Shown here piece by piece: positions 24,405 to 32,000 of a stretch of DNA of 32,000 nt (positions within the stretch are counted from its first letter, which is position 1; every line of letters begins with the position of its first letter). The DNA comes from an uncultured Actinomycetota bacterium. Its GTDB lineage: Bacteria; Actinomycetota; Actinomycetes; Jiangellales; Jiangellaceae. The DNA lies in NCBI GenBank assembly GCA_963831385.1, contig CAWHPW010000003.1:1-32000 (forward strand). The letters are read 5' to 3'. A model generated the notes under the pieces. That model did not search any database. It saw nothing but the letters and a program-made list of their open reading frames with translations, and was not told the origin of the DNA. Position numbers and translations under genes: made by a program.

Positions 24405-25364
24405 ATGAGTGGTGGCCCCGCTGGAGCCACGGAACCATCGGGAACCAGGGACCGCACCTGGCTGGTCGCAATTGCCGCCGCACTGTGGGGCACCGATGCG
24501 CTCTTCCGGCTCCCGCTGGTCAGCGAGCTTTCCGCTGCGACGATCGTTCTGACCGAGCACGTCATCCTGGTATTGGTGACGTTGCCCTGGCTGCCGCGAG
24601 CGTTTCGGGCGGCCGTGCGGGTCTGCCGGCCGGTCGACTGGTGGGCGCTGATCTTCATCGGGGCGGGTGCCTCAGCCACGGCGACCGTGCTGTTCACGAT
24701 GGCCTTCCGGTACGGCGACCCGATCACACCGGTTGCGTTACAGAAGATCCAACCCCTATTAGCAGCCGGCGCGGCCTGCCTCTTTCTCGGTGAGCGACTG
24801 CGGCCGAAGTACGGGCTGTTCCTGCTTGCCGCGATCGCCAGTGCATGGCTGCTGTCGTTCCAGGACCCGTTCGACGTGACTGTCGCCGGACTGTCGGCCG
24901 CCATGCTCGCGCTCGGCGCCGCGGCATTGTGGGCGGGCGGCACGGTGGCTGGCCGCCAGGTCAGCCTGCGGCTGGACTTCACCAGCATCACGGTGCTGCG
25001 GTTCGCCATCGGTCTGCCGGCGGCGTTGGTCGTCGCTGTCGCAACCGGAGCGCCCCTGGTTCCCGCGGCGGGTGACGTTCCTGGCCTGGTCGGGCTGGCC
25101 CTGGTTCCCGGGCTCGCAGCGCTGATGCTCTATTACCGGGGCTTGCAGAGCACGCCAGCCGCCCGCGCGACGATTGCCGAGCTGGCGTTTCCGATCACGG
25201 CGGCCGTCGTCGGCATCACCGTCCTGAACGCCTCGCTCACCGGGTCACAGTGGACCGGACTGGTCCTGCTCCTGATCACCGTGGTGGCGTTCGCTCGGCA
25301 CGAACAGCGCGCCGAGCAGACGGCCGTCATCCCCCCGGCCGAGCCCGTTGCGCGGGTGGGCTAG
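24405..25364 (+). CDS. DMT-superfamily (EamA-like) transporter (319 aa)
   Basis: ATG preceded by AAGGAG with a 6-nt spacer. About 10 hydrophobic helices in two repeated halves, typical of EamA domains. Confidence 0.85.
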   Translation: MSGGPAGATEPSGTRDRTWLVAIAAALWGTDALFRLPLVSELSAATIVLTEHVILVLVTLPWLPRAFRAAVRVCRPVDWWALIFIGAGASATATVLFTMAFRYGDPITPVALQKIQPLLAAGAACLFLGERLRPKYGLFLLAAIASAWLLSFQDPFDVTVAGLSAAMLALGAAALWAGGTVAGRQVSLRLDFTSITVLRFAIGLPAALVVAVATGAPLVPAAGDVPGLVGLALVPGLAALMLYYRGLQSTPAARATIAELAFPITAAVVGITVLNASLTGSQWTGLVLLLITVVAFARHEQRAEQTAVIPPAEPVARVG

Positions 25365-26410
25365 GCGAAGGCTGGCATCACCTCGTCGTGGATGAGCTGA
25401 AGCTGGTCGTTCACCGAGGCGACGTTCTCGAGGTCTCTGCCCATCAGCGCCTTCACCAGCACTGCGTCGGTGATGGCGAAGATGAGGTGGTTGACGCCCG
25501 CGTCGACGATTTCGCTGCGAAGCTTCGCCACGCACTCTTCTGGTGTCCCCGCGACCGATAACCGCTCAGCGATCTCCGGAGAGGTGAGCTCGATGGCGCC
25601 GGCGAGGTCACCCCTTCCGAGCGCGTCGTTGATCGGTTGCATATCCCGCACGGTCACGCCGTTGCGCTCCATCTGCTCCCCCGACATGGAGGACGCGTAG
25701 AGCCCCACCAGGCTACGGGCGGCCTCCTTCGCCACGGAAGAGTCCGGGCCGACGGAGAACACCATCCATGCACCGATGTCGAGGGACTGCCAATCGCGGC
25801 CGGCCTTCTCGGCACCCTGCTTGACGTTCTCGACGACGTAGTCGTAGGCCTCACGGGTGTAGCTGCCGAAGTGGTGAACGCCGTCGGAGATCTCGCCTGC
25901 GACGCGGAACGACCTGGGACCGCGCATGGCGCCGAGTAGCAGAGGCAGCCGTTTCTGAACCGGGCGGCCGAACGTGAACAGCCCGTTGTATTTGTAGAAC
26001 TCGCCGTCAAAGGTGATGGTCCCCTCGTCGAGGAGCGTCCGGATCACCGTGTGCGCTTCGATCGTCCGGGACAGCGGACGGGTCTGCGCCCCGTCGATGC
26101 CGTACTGCGCGAGCAGACCGAAGTTGCCGCACGAGATGACGCACTCAGCTCGCCCGTTGGTGAGCTCGTCGAGCGTGCCCACTGCCTGGGTGATGAGCGT
26201 CGGCTCGCGGAGCACAACGCCGGACAAGCTGGGGCCGAACCGAATGGTCTTGGTCTTGTCTGCGGCAGCGGCGAACAGCAGCCACATGTCCTTCCACCAG
26301 GTTTCATCCGCGGCGTAGCAGCCGTAGAACCCGAGCTCGTCCGCCTTCTTGATGGACTCCATCGAGTCGGCGAGCGGGTACGCGGGGATCATCAAATAGC
26401 TGAACCTCAT
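25361..26410 (-). CDS. Luciferase-like monooxygenase (LLM) class flavin/F420-dependent oxidoreductase, Mer-like (349 aa)
   Basis: The TIM-barrel LLM pattern (MRFSYLMIP...ADELGFYGCYAADE...RFGPS...LDELTNGRAECVISCG) resembles the methylene-H4MPT-reductase-like F420 branch. The ATG overlaps the upstream stop (ATGA). Confidence 0.85.
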   Translation of the reverse strand: MRFSYLMIPAYPLADSMESIKKADELGFYGCYAADETWWKDMWLLFAAAADKTKTIRFGPSLSGVVLREPTLITQAVGTLDELTNGRAECVISCGNFGLLAQYGIDGAQTRPLSRTIEAHTVIRTLLDEGTITFDGEFYKYNGLFTFGRPVQKRLPLLLGAMRGPRSFRVAGEISDGVHHFGSYTREAYDYVVENVKQGAEKAGRDWQSLDIGAWMVFSVGPDSSVAKEAARSLVGLYASSMSGEQMERNGVTVRDMQPINDALGRGDLAGAIELTSPEIAERLSVAGTPEECVAKLRSEIVDAGVNHLIFAITDAVLVKALMGRDLENVASVNDQLQLIHDEVMPAFA

Positions 26411-26697
26411 GCGGGCCTCATTCCCTCGTCATCGAGTTGGTCTGGTTGTGCGGAGTCGGACAGCAGCTCCTCACCGGAAAGCACCGCGTCCGCCCAATGG
26501 GCGTGCATCCAGTCCAGGTGGTCCCATCGTCCGTCGACGATCCGTTTGGTCTCCCACGCCGGGAACTCGTGCTGGCGAACGTGGTCCTGCATCAGCGACG
26601 GATCCACCTCGTACACGTGGTCGAACCGCTTGACCACGGTGTCGTTGACCCGCTCGGGCTCCGGTGGCTGCTGCGCCGACAGCCGGAAACCGATCAC
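26407..26697 (-). CDS. Hypothetical small Trp/His-rich protein (96 aa)
   Basis: The GTG at 26695-26697 overlaps the stop of the FAD-oxidase C-terminal frame (GTGA). Its own stop overlaps the LLM start (ATGA). No motif recognised. Confidence 0.6.
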   Translation of the reverse strand: MIGFRLSAQQPPEPERVNDTVVKRFDHVYEVDPSLMQDHVRQHEFPAWETKRIVDGRWDHLDWMHAHWADAVLSGEELLSDSAQPDQLDDEGMRPA

Positions 26698-28209
26698 GAT
26701 CCATCACCCCCCTCGTACGCCTGGTCCAGCAAGTACTTGCCCGGGTTCATGATGTTGTTGGGGTCGAGCGCACGCTTGACCTTCTTCATGACCTCGAAGC
26801 CGCCGCCCATTTCCTGCGGCACCAGGTCGACCTCGCCTTCGCGGCACGAGCCGTGGCAGGCGCTGATGGATCCGCCGTACGCGAGCGCTACGGCGGCGAT
26901 ATCCCGTTTCGCCTCGACCCACGCCGCCCACGACTCGTCGTCGAGCTCCTGCTCCCAGATGCCGACGTCGATCTCGGTCAGGTAGTCGCCCCACGGCTTG
27001 AACGCGCCATTCGTGTAGGCGAACATCCCCCAGTCGTCGAAGATCGGGATAGCGGTCGGCCAGCCGGGCAACGATGTCGTGCCACTCCTGCCTGACCTGG
27101 GGGAGTGCGGTCCAGTTGATCGACGCGTCCTCGCAATGCCAGCTCATCGGGACGACTTGACCGTCACGAAGGCGGCCATGCAGCGGTGTGGCGTAGCGGT
27201 CGTGCCGCGATGCCCAGTCCCCTTGGGAGATCTCGTCGCCCAGGTAGTTGCCGCCACTTTCCTGCCCGATCCGGAGCAGGCGCTTCGCGGCCGGGCGGAC
27301 CTCGTCGGTCGTGCCGTACATGGCGGTCGCCACGACGCATCTCACCGAGTCCGGTTGCGGGATGTAGGCCTCGTCGTCGCGACGCAGGTACGCCAGCTTC
27401 CACTCGTCGAACAGGACGACCCCGGCCAGGGTGGCCAGCCCGGACCGGGCGAACGCAGCCGTCGAGCGCCAGGCGGTCTCGTAGTCCGGGTAGGAGAAGA
27501 ACGCTGCGAACTCGGTTTCCGGGCGCGGGACCAGCTCGAGGGTGGCCTCGGTGACGATGCCCAGCGTGCCCTGATGGCCCATGAACAGGTGCTTGAGCTG
27601 GTACCCGCTGGACGACTTGCGCACCTTGCGGCCGCCGCCGTCCCCCACCCGGATCAGCTCACCGGTCGGGAGCACGATCTGGAAGCTGATCACCAGGTCT
27701 CGGGTATGGCCGTAGCGTCCGCCGATCAGCGACCAGCCACTGGTGCCGATCCGGCCGCCGACCAGCGAGCACGGATAAGAGGCCGGGTCGTCCGGGTAGA
27801 TCACACCGTGCGGCCGTAGCTCTTCGTTGAGCTTGAGCATGTTGATGCCCGGCTGCACGGTCACGGTGCGGTCCTCGAGGTCGATCTCGAGGATCTTGTT
27901 CATCAGTTTGACGTCGACGAGGATGCCGTGCCGAAGCGGCACGGCACCGTCGGTGAGCCCGGTGCCGCCGGCTCTGGGGACAACCGGAATCCGATGCCGG
28001 TTGGCGAGTTTGACCACCTCGGCGATCTGCTCAGCGCTCGTCGGGAGGACGACGACGTCGGGGATGTGGTCGGCCCACCGATGCACCGGGAACGGCGCCG
28101 GCACCCGGGCTCGGTTGACACGAGCGGACCTGTCGGCGAAGACGTGATCTGTCCCGCAGATCTGAACGAGCTCGTCGATGACCGGATCGGTGACCAAGGT
28201 GGCGGTCAT
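26694..28209 (-). pseudogene. FAD-linked oxidase (GlcD / PCMH-type FAD-binding family) interrupted by a 1-nt frameshift
   Basis: The N-terminal ~385 aa (start ATG 28207-28209) lie in one frame: VVVLPTSAEQIAEVVKLANRHRIPVVPRAGGTGLTDG, FAD_binding_4-like. The genuine C-terminus (...GGSISACHGSCREGEVDLVP...VKRALDPNNIMNPGKYL) lies in the +1 frame (ORF 26694-27071). The total span of 1516 nt equals 3n+1. Confidence 0.8.
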
Positions 28210-29489
28210 CGGGTCGGCTCCGAGCTGCCCGCGACATCGCCGAGTCCAGCCGCCTGGGCGACCAGCTCGAGCAGGTCCATGACCTCGACGGGGTCGTCCC
28301 GATTGCCGCCCTGCTCGGAGAGCGGACGCTCGGACCATACGCATGCGCTGACAAGGGTGTCGACACCCAGGTCGGCGGCTCGGTCGACCCGGCGTCGGCT
28401 GATCTCGGCGGTGAGATCCGGTCGCTCGATGCCCAGCCCGGCACCAGCCCCCGAACAGTACGACCACTGCGTGACATGGTCGACGTCCTTGAAGGTCAGG
28501 CCGGGAATCGCCCGAAGCACCTCGCGCGGAGACTCGTGGATGCCCTTGCGCTTGTTGAGTCGGCAGGCGTCGTGGTAGGTGACGATTCGCTCGACGGGTT
28601 GGGTGAGCGCCAGCCTCCCCTCGCGGATCAGCTCGGCGACGAGATCGACCATCAGCACGATCTCGACGTCGTAGTCATCACCGAAGTAGCTCGGGTAATC
28701 CTCGGTGAAGGAGATGTAGTCGTGCGGGTCGAAGACGATGACCCGCTTGGCCCCCACCGCTCGCCAGTCGTCGACGTTGTGCTGGGCGAACTCTCGAGCA
28801 CGGTCCGCGTACCCCATCTCCGCTGCCGGGCCACCACAACACCACTGCTCGCGCATGAGCCCGAATTCGACGCCCGCATGCTGCAGGATCAGAGCGGCCG
28901 CACGCGGTACCGACGTCCGGTGGAACGCTCCCTCGCAGTCGCAGAAGAGGATGGTTTCCCCTCCCACCGGGATGTCCAAGCCGTCGGCCCAGTTGCGGAC
29001 GTTCTCCTGGCTCACCGGCACCTCACCCAGCACCGGTTCGGACTTCTGCCGGGCCGTCTCCTCGACCCAGCGCTGCCAGTTGGGCTGGTGGATGCCGGAG
29101 TCGACGGCCAGGGCGCGCATCGCCCGAACGAGCTGAACCGTCCTCGTCCGGAACCGGTAGAAGTCCCCGGTGAACAGCGTGTTGGGGCAGCGGAGCTCAC
29201 ATGCGCCGCACTGGGTGCAATGGACGTAGTCGCGGGCGACGTCCTCGATCGTCAGCAGCCCCTTCTCCATCGCCACGACGTTCGCGTGGAAGGCGGTCGG
29301 GGAGTGGACCTCGTTGCGGGTCACCTGCATCACCGGGCAGACCTCGCGGCAGAACTTGTGACCCGAGCTGTAGCAGTTGTAGGCCGCGTTGCGCCATTGC
29401 TCGACGAATTCGGCTGTCGCTTCGCCGTTCCCCCGTGAACCGTCCGCCGGGACTTGCGCCGTACCGTCTGCGCGTTCGGTCGAAGGCAT
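28206..29489 (-). CDS. (Fe-S)-binding protein with two CCG (cysteine-rich) domains, GlcF/GlpC/HdrD-like (427 aa)
   Basis: ATG at 29487-29489 preceded by GGGAGGA. Ferredoxin-type motif CTQCGACELRCP plus a degenerate first motif CYSSGHKFCREVCPV. CCG-type segments ILFCDCEGAF and VTYHDACRLNKRKG. The stop overlaps the FAD-oxidase start (ATGA). Confidence 0.8.
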   Translation of the reverse strand: MPSTERADGTAQVPADGSRGNGEATAEFVEQWRNAAYNCYSSGHKFCREVCPVMQVTRNEVHSPTAFHANVVAMEKGLLTIEDVARDYVHCTQCGACELRCPNTLFTGDFYRFRTRTVQLVRAMRALAVDSGIHQPNWQRWVEETARQKSEPVLGEVPVSQENVRNWADGLDIPVGGETILFCDCEGAFHRTSVPRAAALILQHAGVEFGLMREQWCCGGPAAEMGYADRAREFAQHNVDDWRAVGAKRVIVFDPHDYISFTEDYPSYFGDDYDVEIVLMVDLVAELIREGRLALTQPVERIVTYHDACRLNKRKGIHESPREVLRAIPGLTFKDVDHVTQWSYCSGAGAGLGIERPDLTAEISRRRVDRAADLGVDTLVSACVWSERPLSEQGGNRDDPVEVMDLLELVAQAAGLGDVAGSSEPTR

Positions 29490-29647
29490 CAGCGGTCCTC
29501 CCTGGTCGCCTCCCTCATGCTGCCCTTGGCCGAGGTGGCCGTAAAGGGCCCGCAACTATTGGCGATCCGTCGGGACGATCCGGTGGGCCCGCGCCGGGAA
29601 CGTCCAGCCCTTGACCGGACCGACCGTCGGAGGAGAGGTTACGCAGC

Positions 29648-30067
29648 ATGAACTGGACGCTCGAAGTCGTCGTGGTCCCGGTGTCGGACGTGGACCGGGC
29701 CAAGGCCTTCTACTCCGATCAGCTCGGCTTCAACGTCGACTTCGACACGAAGATCGGGGACGGAAACCGCGTGGTTCAGCTGACGCCACCGGGGTCTGGC
29801 TGCTCGGTCGTGATCGGTGTGGGTGTCGTTCCGGACATGCCGCCTGGCTCGCTCAAGGGCCTGCAGCTGGTCGTCTCGGACATCAACGCAGCCCGGGCCC
29901 AGCTCGTCGAACGCGGAGTCGATGTGAGCGAGGTCCAGGTCCTGGGAGAGAACCCGAGCCCTACGGACGACGCCTTGGACAACGTCGGGTTCGTCTTCTT
30001 CAGTGATCCAGACGGAAACAGCTGGGCCGTGCAACAGATCTCGGCTCGCGCGTCGTCGCCCCCGTGA
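29648..30067 (+). CDS. VOC-family (glyoxalase/bleomycin-resistance fold) protein (139 aa)
   Basis: VVVPVSDVDRAKAFYSDQLGFNVDFD... and FFSDPDGNSWAVQQ are the typical beta-alpha-beta-beta-beta module signatures. Confidence 0.85.
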   Translation: MNWTLEVVVVPVSDVDRAKAFYSDQLGFNVDFDTKIGDGNRVVQLTPPGSGCSVVIGVGVVPDMPPGSLKGLQLVVSDINAARAQLVERGVDVSEVQVLGENPSPTDDALDNVGFVFFSDPDGNSWAVQQISARASSPP

Positions 30068-30082
30068 CGTGGAGTCGGTGCG

Positions 30083-31045
30083 TCAAGCACCAGTCGTATT
30101 GACGTACAAGGCGTAGATCGACTGGCTCGCAGCCATGAACAGCCGATTGCCGGCGGCCCCGCCGAAGCACAGGTTGGCGCAGATCTCGGGCAAGACGATC
30201 TGACCGATCCGAGTACCGTCCGCAGTGAAGACATGGACGCCATCGTGACCTTCACCGCCGCTGCAGGCGGCCCACAGGTTGCCGTCGGAATCGCAGCGGA
30301 TACCGTCCGCTCCGCCTGGACTGATCTCCGTGAAGAGGCGCCTGTCGCCGACGGTGCCGTCGGCGATGTCGTAGACGTGGATGCTGCGGGGCGTCGACCC
30401 GGAGTCGACGACGTAGAGCTGAGACCCATCTGGCGAGAAACACAGGCCGTTGGGGCGATCGAGCTCCACGATGACCGGCTCGGCGACGCCGTCAACCGGA
30501 TCGAGCCGGTAGACCGCAGTGGGCAATTCGAGGGCCGCCTCCCGCCCCTCGTAGTTCGACATGCTCCCGTAGCCGGGATCGGTGAACCACACCGATCCGT
30601 CGGACGCCACCGCGACGTCGTTGGGCGCGTTGAGCGGCTTCCCGTCGAACCGGTCCACCAGCGTGGTGATCGAGCCGTCGTATTCGGTTCTCGTCACCCG
30701 GCGAGTGAGGTGCTCACACGAAATGAGCCGACCCTGCCGGTCTCGGGTGTGACCGTTGGCGTAGTTCGACGGGCTCCGGAAGACCGTGACGGCCTCGGTG
30801 ACCTCGTCCCAGCGGAGCATCCTGTCGTTGGGGATGTCGCTCCACAACAGACAACGGTGATCACCGAACCAGACCGGTCCCTCGGCCCATCGACACCCGG
30901 TGGCGATCCGTTCGACGGCGGCGTTGCCGATTCGGTAGCGCTCGAACCGGGGATCGAGGACCTGGACCGCTGGATCCGGGTAGCGGACCGGCCCGTCGGG
31001 CCAGCGGCCTGGGCGGCGCGGTGAGTGCTCCATGCTGATCTCCAT
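30083..31045 (-). CDS. SMP-30/gluconolactonase/LRE-family beta-propeller protein (320 aa; alternative start at 31033)
   Basis: Repeated propeller motifs (EGPVW..., PNDVAVASDGSVWFTDPGYG, PNGLCFSPDGSQLYVVDS, DGIRCDSDGNLW). The second ATG (31033) has the better GGAG spacing. Confidence 0.85.
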   Translation of the reverse strand: MEISMEHSPRRPGRWPDGPVRYPDPAVQVLDPRFERYRIGNAAVERIATGCRWAEGPVWFGDHRCLLWSDIPNDRMLRWDEVTEAVTVFRSPSNYANGHTRDRQGRLISCEHLTRRVTRTEYDGSITTLVDRFDGKPLNAPNDVAVASDGSVWFTDPGYGSMSNYEGREAALELPTAVYRLDPVDGVAEPVIVELDRPNGLCFSPDGSQLYVVDSGSTPRSIHVYDIADGTVGDRRLFTEISPGGADGIRCDSDGNLWAACSGGEGHDGVHVFTADGTRIGQIVLPEICANLCFGGAAGNRLFMAASQSIYALYVNTTGA

Positions 31046-31092
31046 CAGGGAGTTCGTCGTCGGGCGAATGATCCCAGACTCAGGGAGGTCAG

Positions 31093-31854
31093 ATGGCCGA
31101 ACGGTCGCCAGAGGTCGCGATTGTCACGGGTGCCGGCAGCGGTATCGGGGCGGCGGTAGCGCTCGCGTTGGCTGGCGCTGACTGGGTCGTCGTGATGGCG
31201 GGTCGTCGGCGCAACGCGCTCGAGTCGGTCGCCGAACGCGGCCTAGACCTGTCCGGTGTTCTCGACCCGGTGCCGACCGACGTGACCGATGACGCATCTG
31301 TCCGGGCGCTGTTCGACCGGGTCGTCGAACGGCACGGCCGGGTGGACCTGTTGTTCAACAATGCGGGAACCGGGGGACCGGCTCGCGATCTCGACACGCT
31401 CACGTTGACGGAGTGGAACGCAGTCGTGGCGGTGAACCTCACCGGCGCGTTTCTCTGCACTCGTGAGGCGTTCCGGGTGATGCGCCGGCAGCAGCCTCGC
31501 GGGGGCCGGATCATCAACAACGGTTCGATCTCGGCTTATGCTCCGCGGCCACAGTCGGTCGCGTACACAGCGACCAAGCACGCGATCACGGGGCTGACGA
31601 AGGCGACGTCACTCGACGGACGGGCTCACGACATCGCCTGCGGACAGATCGACATCGGCAATGCCGAGACCGAGCTCACCGAGCGGATGGCGGTTGGTGT
31701 CATGCAGGCGGACGGCACGGTCCGCTCGGAGCCGCGGATGGATGTCGCCGAAGTCGGCCGCGCCGTGCTCTACATGGCCGGGCTACCGCTGGACACCAAT
31801 GTCCTGACGATGACCGTCATGGCGACGAAAATGCCGTTCGTCGGTCGCGGTTAG
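31093..31854 (+). CDS. Short-chain dehydrogenase/reductase (SDR, 253 aa)
   Basis: Cofactor motif [17 protein letters not shown], and catalytic YTATKHA (YxxxK). Confidence 0.9.
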   Translation: MAERSPEVAIVTGAGSGIGAAVALALAGADWVVVMAGRRRNALESVAERGLDLSGVLDPVPTDVTDDASVRALFDRVVERHGRVDLLFNNAGTGGPARDLDTLTLTEWNAVVAVNLTGAFLCTREAFRVMRRQQPRGGRIINNGSISAYAPRPQSVAYTATKHAITGLTKATSLDGRAHDIACGQIDIGNAETELTERMAVGVMQADGTVRSEPRMDVAEVGRAVLYMAGLPLDTNVLTMTVMATKMPFVGRG

Positions 31855-31884
31855 GGGCGAGGCATCGCACGCTAAAAGCGGTAC

Positions 31885-31905
31885 CTCTCCGACGCGTCCG
31901 GAGAG
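31885..31905 (+). terminator. Candidate stem-loop terminator downstream of the SDR gene
   Basis: CTCTCCG (31885-31891) and CGGAGAG (31899-31905) form a 7-bp stem with a 7-nt loop, 30 nt after the stop. There is no U-tract. Confidence 0.3.
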
Positions 31906-31969
31906 ATGAAACACGTGACCGCACATGCGGCCTATCCTTCGCGGTGACGCGACACCGCAGGGAGGACGG

Positions 31970-32000
31970 ATGGCAGGGAAGGCCGATTTCACCACCGAAG
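31970..32000 (+). CDS. 5' end of an unidentified CDS running off the window
   Basis: ATG at 31970 preceded by GGGAGGA. Only 10 codons are visible (MAGKADFTTE). Confidence 0.3.
   Translation, partial: MAGKADFTTE

Noticed and set aside
23575-24408. 277-aa plus-strand ORF
   Set aside because: It is antisense to the PhzF-family gene. No motifs.
26704-27040. C-terminal ~112 aa of the 587-aa ORF (frame A tail)
   Set aside because: It is Arg-rich nonsense. The genuine C-terminus of the FAD oxidase is in the other frame (see the frameshift finding).
28476-29438. 320-aa plus-strand ORF
   Set aside because: It is antisense to the Fe-S CCG protein gene, which has clear Cys motifs. The translation is low complexity.
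31783-31995. 70-aa minus-strand ORF
   Set aside because: It overlaps the 3' end of the SDR gene and the intergenic hairpin. It has no RBS and poor coding character.
1-32000. Scan for CRISPR arrays, tRNA/rRNA genes, IS elements with terminal inverted repeats, integrases, toxin-antitoxin or defence-system genes
   Set aside because: By eye I found no regularly spaced direct repeats, no cloverleaf-like conserved tRNA motifs, no transposase- or integrase-like translations, and no compositional island (GC is uniformly high apart from short promoter regions). A computational scan (tRNAscan-SE, CRISPR finder, ISfinder, DefenseFinder) would be needed to confirm the negative.

Overview
This 32 kb window is high-GC (roughly 70%) with strong GC3 bias, which points to an Actinomycetota chromosome. 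It is densely coding (about 36 CDS). I found no rRNA, tRNA, CRISPR array, IS element or phage genes.

The centrepiece is an 8.4 kb, 11-ORF, translationally coupled cluster (10601-18995, + strand). It encodes a cytosolic group 1h (formerly group 5, 'high-affinity/actinobacterial') [NiFe]-hydrogenase:
- small and large subunits
- a NifU-like/Cys4 fusion protein
- three conserved proteins of unknown function
- the maturation endopeptidase
- an unannotated 35-aa single-helix peptide
- HypA and HypC
- a protein with an embedded HypC-like domain

HypB, HypD, HypE and HypF are not in the window.

Upstream genes:
- SemiSWEET-like membrane protein
- TPR-LuxR regulator
- APH-type phosphotransferase
- GNAT acetyltransferase
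- an XRE regulator followed by a ferric-iron/thiamine-type ABC importer
- a minus-strand trio (HTH fusion regulator, YceI, muconolactone-isomerase-like) transcribed divergently from the hydrogenase

Downstream genes:
- MMPL transporter with a divergent TetR regulator
- Nei/Fpg glycosylase
- PhzF-like protein
- EamA transporter
- a four-gene coupled redox operon (Fe-S CCG protein, FAD-linked oxidase, 96-aa unknown protein, LLM oxidoreductase), in which the FAD oxidase is split by a 1-nt frameshift
- VOC, SMP-30/gluconolactonase and SDR genes

All family assignments come from reading motifs in the supplied translations. No database search was run.
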